NCBI RefSeq assembly: GCF_009914755.1
Contig: NC_060936.1
DNA length: 64,000 bases
Origin: the human T2T-CHM13v2.0 reference genome, Homo sapiens
Strand: one strand, 5' to 3'
Shown one piece after another: positions 62,642-64,000 of the stretch. Made by a program: the position numbers and the translations under genes. Position 1 is the first letter of the stretch. Each line of letters begins with the position of its first letter. The notes below the pieces were generated by a model. The model was not told where the DNA came from and did not search any database. It saw only the letters and a program-made list of their open reading frames with translations.

Positions 62642-64000
62642 TCCTACTTTCTTATAGTGTTATTATTAGTGCCTTTTCTCACATGCATTCTACCACCCAT
62701 TCTAACCCAAAGCAGCACTTTTAAAACATGTAATCAGAATGTTCTGTAGCAATTTGTGACAGAAAATAATAACATATCCAATAGAAATTCCTAAAGGTGT
62801 TTCAGCAGGTGGAATGCAGAATGATCAGCAAATGATTTGGCTAGAACCTCTGCCAAAACCTCCACTTTTGTGAAAAGGGCCATTGGGAGTCCTGATAATG
62901 AGATGTGGTTAGGATTTTGACATCTGCTCTTAAAGATATTACTGGAAGCCCTTCCAGGACCAATACTGACAGCTCAGGAACTCCTTTTGACTTGCCTTTC
63001 CAAGGAATCTTATGCCTCAAAGAAAGTAATCAGAAGATTTGTTTCCTCCAGAAAGCCAGGGTTGGCAAACCGAGCAAGACTGGTCTAGGGAGGCAGATAT
63101 CCTTCATTCTACAACTTGTTTGTTTAATTGATAGCCAACTTTGCAAATTCTCTCTGAGCTGTTAAATGCACATGGAAAGATGCAGAGAGGGCAGCATACA
63201 TGTGTGAATTACTGCCAAACATCTCCATATGTTGTGTCACACGTAACCAGTTTTCCTATGGAAAGGGATAGGTGAAAATGAGAATGATTTACTCTCACAA
63301 TAGCCTATTTTTGCAAGGAGCATATGTTTAAAAAATCTAGCAATAGTCATAACTCTGCTCAGTTTCATGTAACTTTGAGTTACCACATGGTATATCCTGG
63401 AAGACTAATTTTACTGTGTCTAATATTAGGACTACCTTAGCACTCTTCACTTTATAATGATCCTGTGAAAGAAAAAAAGGAATAAAAGTTAATAATTTAT
63501 ACATAAAAATTTAGACCATAATGGCACTAAAAAAGCAAAATGGATTTTGTCTCCATTGTCCCAAAGCATCGTTGTCCTGTGCATGTGTTCTTGGTGCTTT
63601 GGAAGCACATTAACATTTAAATTCTTGAGAGTTTACACGGTAGTGATTCCCTGAAGCAGTTACCCTACCTTTAAGCAGGCCTACCCTATTCCTTGGGAGT
63701 CATTTCAACAGTGGGAGAACCTGGGAGTATGTATAAAATAATCTTATGTTAAACCAGCAGTAATTTTATATTTAGCCATCCTTACTTAATTCTCAAGGCA
63801 GACAAGTTTTCTACTACGTATTAGTTTCTTGCACAGATGGACTCTCACTAGGGAGGCTTCTTATAACTATTTAATATATATGTGCTTTTTCATTATATCC
63901 AGACTTATATTTGCTTATTTATTTCCTCCATATCAGTCTAATCCAGATGGACAAATGTAAATGGGAAAAAAATCAAGGTCATCATGATCTTTAATATTTT

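Overview
Primate (almost certainly human, given a copy of AluYa5) genomic DNA lying inside a very long gene. The only supportable protein-coding sequence is one 100-nt internal exon on the + strand (20243-20342, xAYIITDYMGIRNESFMKLAAVGTWMGDFVTAWM), recognised from memory as TMEM117. The rest is intron, dense with L1, Alu, MaLR/MLT2 LTRs, L2, MIR, L3/CR1 and DNA-transposon relics; the supplied ORF track is almost entirely repeat-derived or chance ORFs. I see no new multi-gene system. The most unusual structure is at 28366-29858: an old ~350-bp palindrome whose loop region now holds a ~1.1-kb almost pure-AT tract. That tract is bounded by a ~19-bp duplication and contains perfect fold-back palindromes, a ~32-bp minisatellite and two short fragments copied from 2.4-2.8 kb upstream, which suggests a germline template-switch repair scar. 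Also notable are two 5'-inverted L1 insertions of very different age with readable TSDs, and an AluYa5 that looks old for its subfamily. Repeat subfamily names and old-repeat boundaries were assigned by eye and are approximate.
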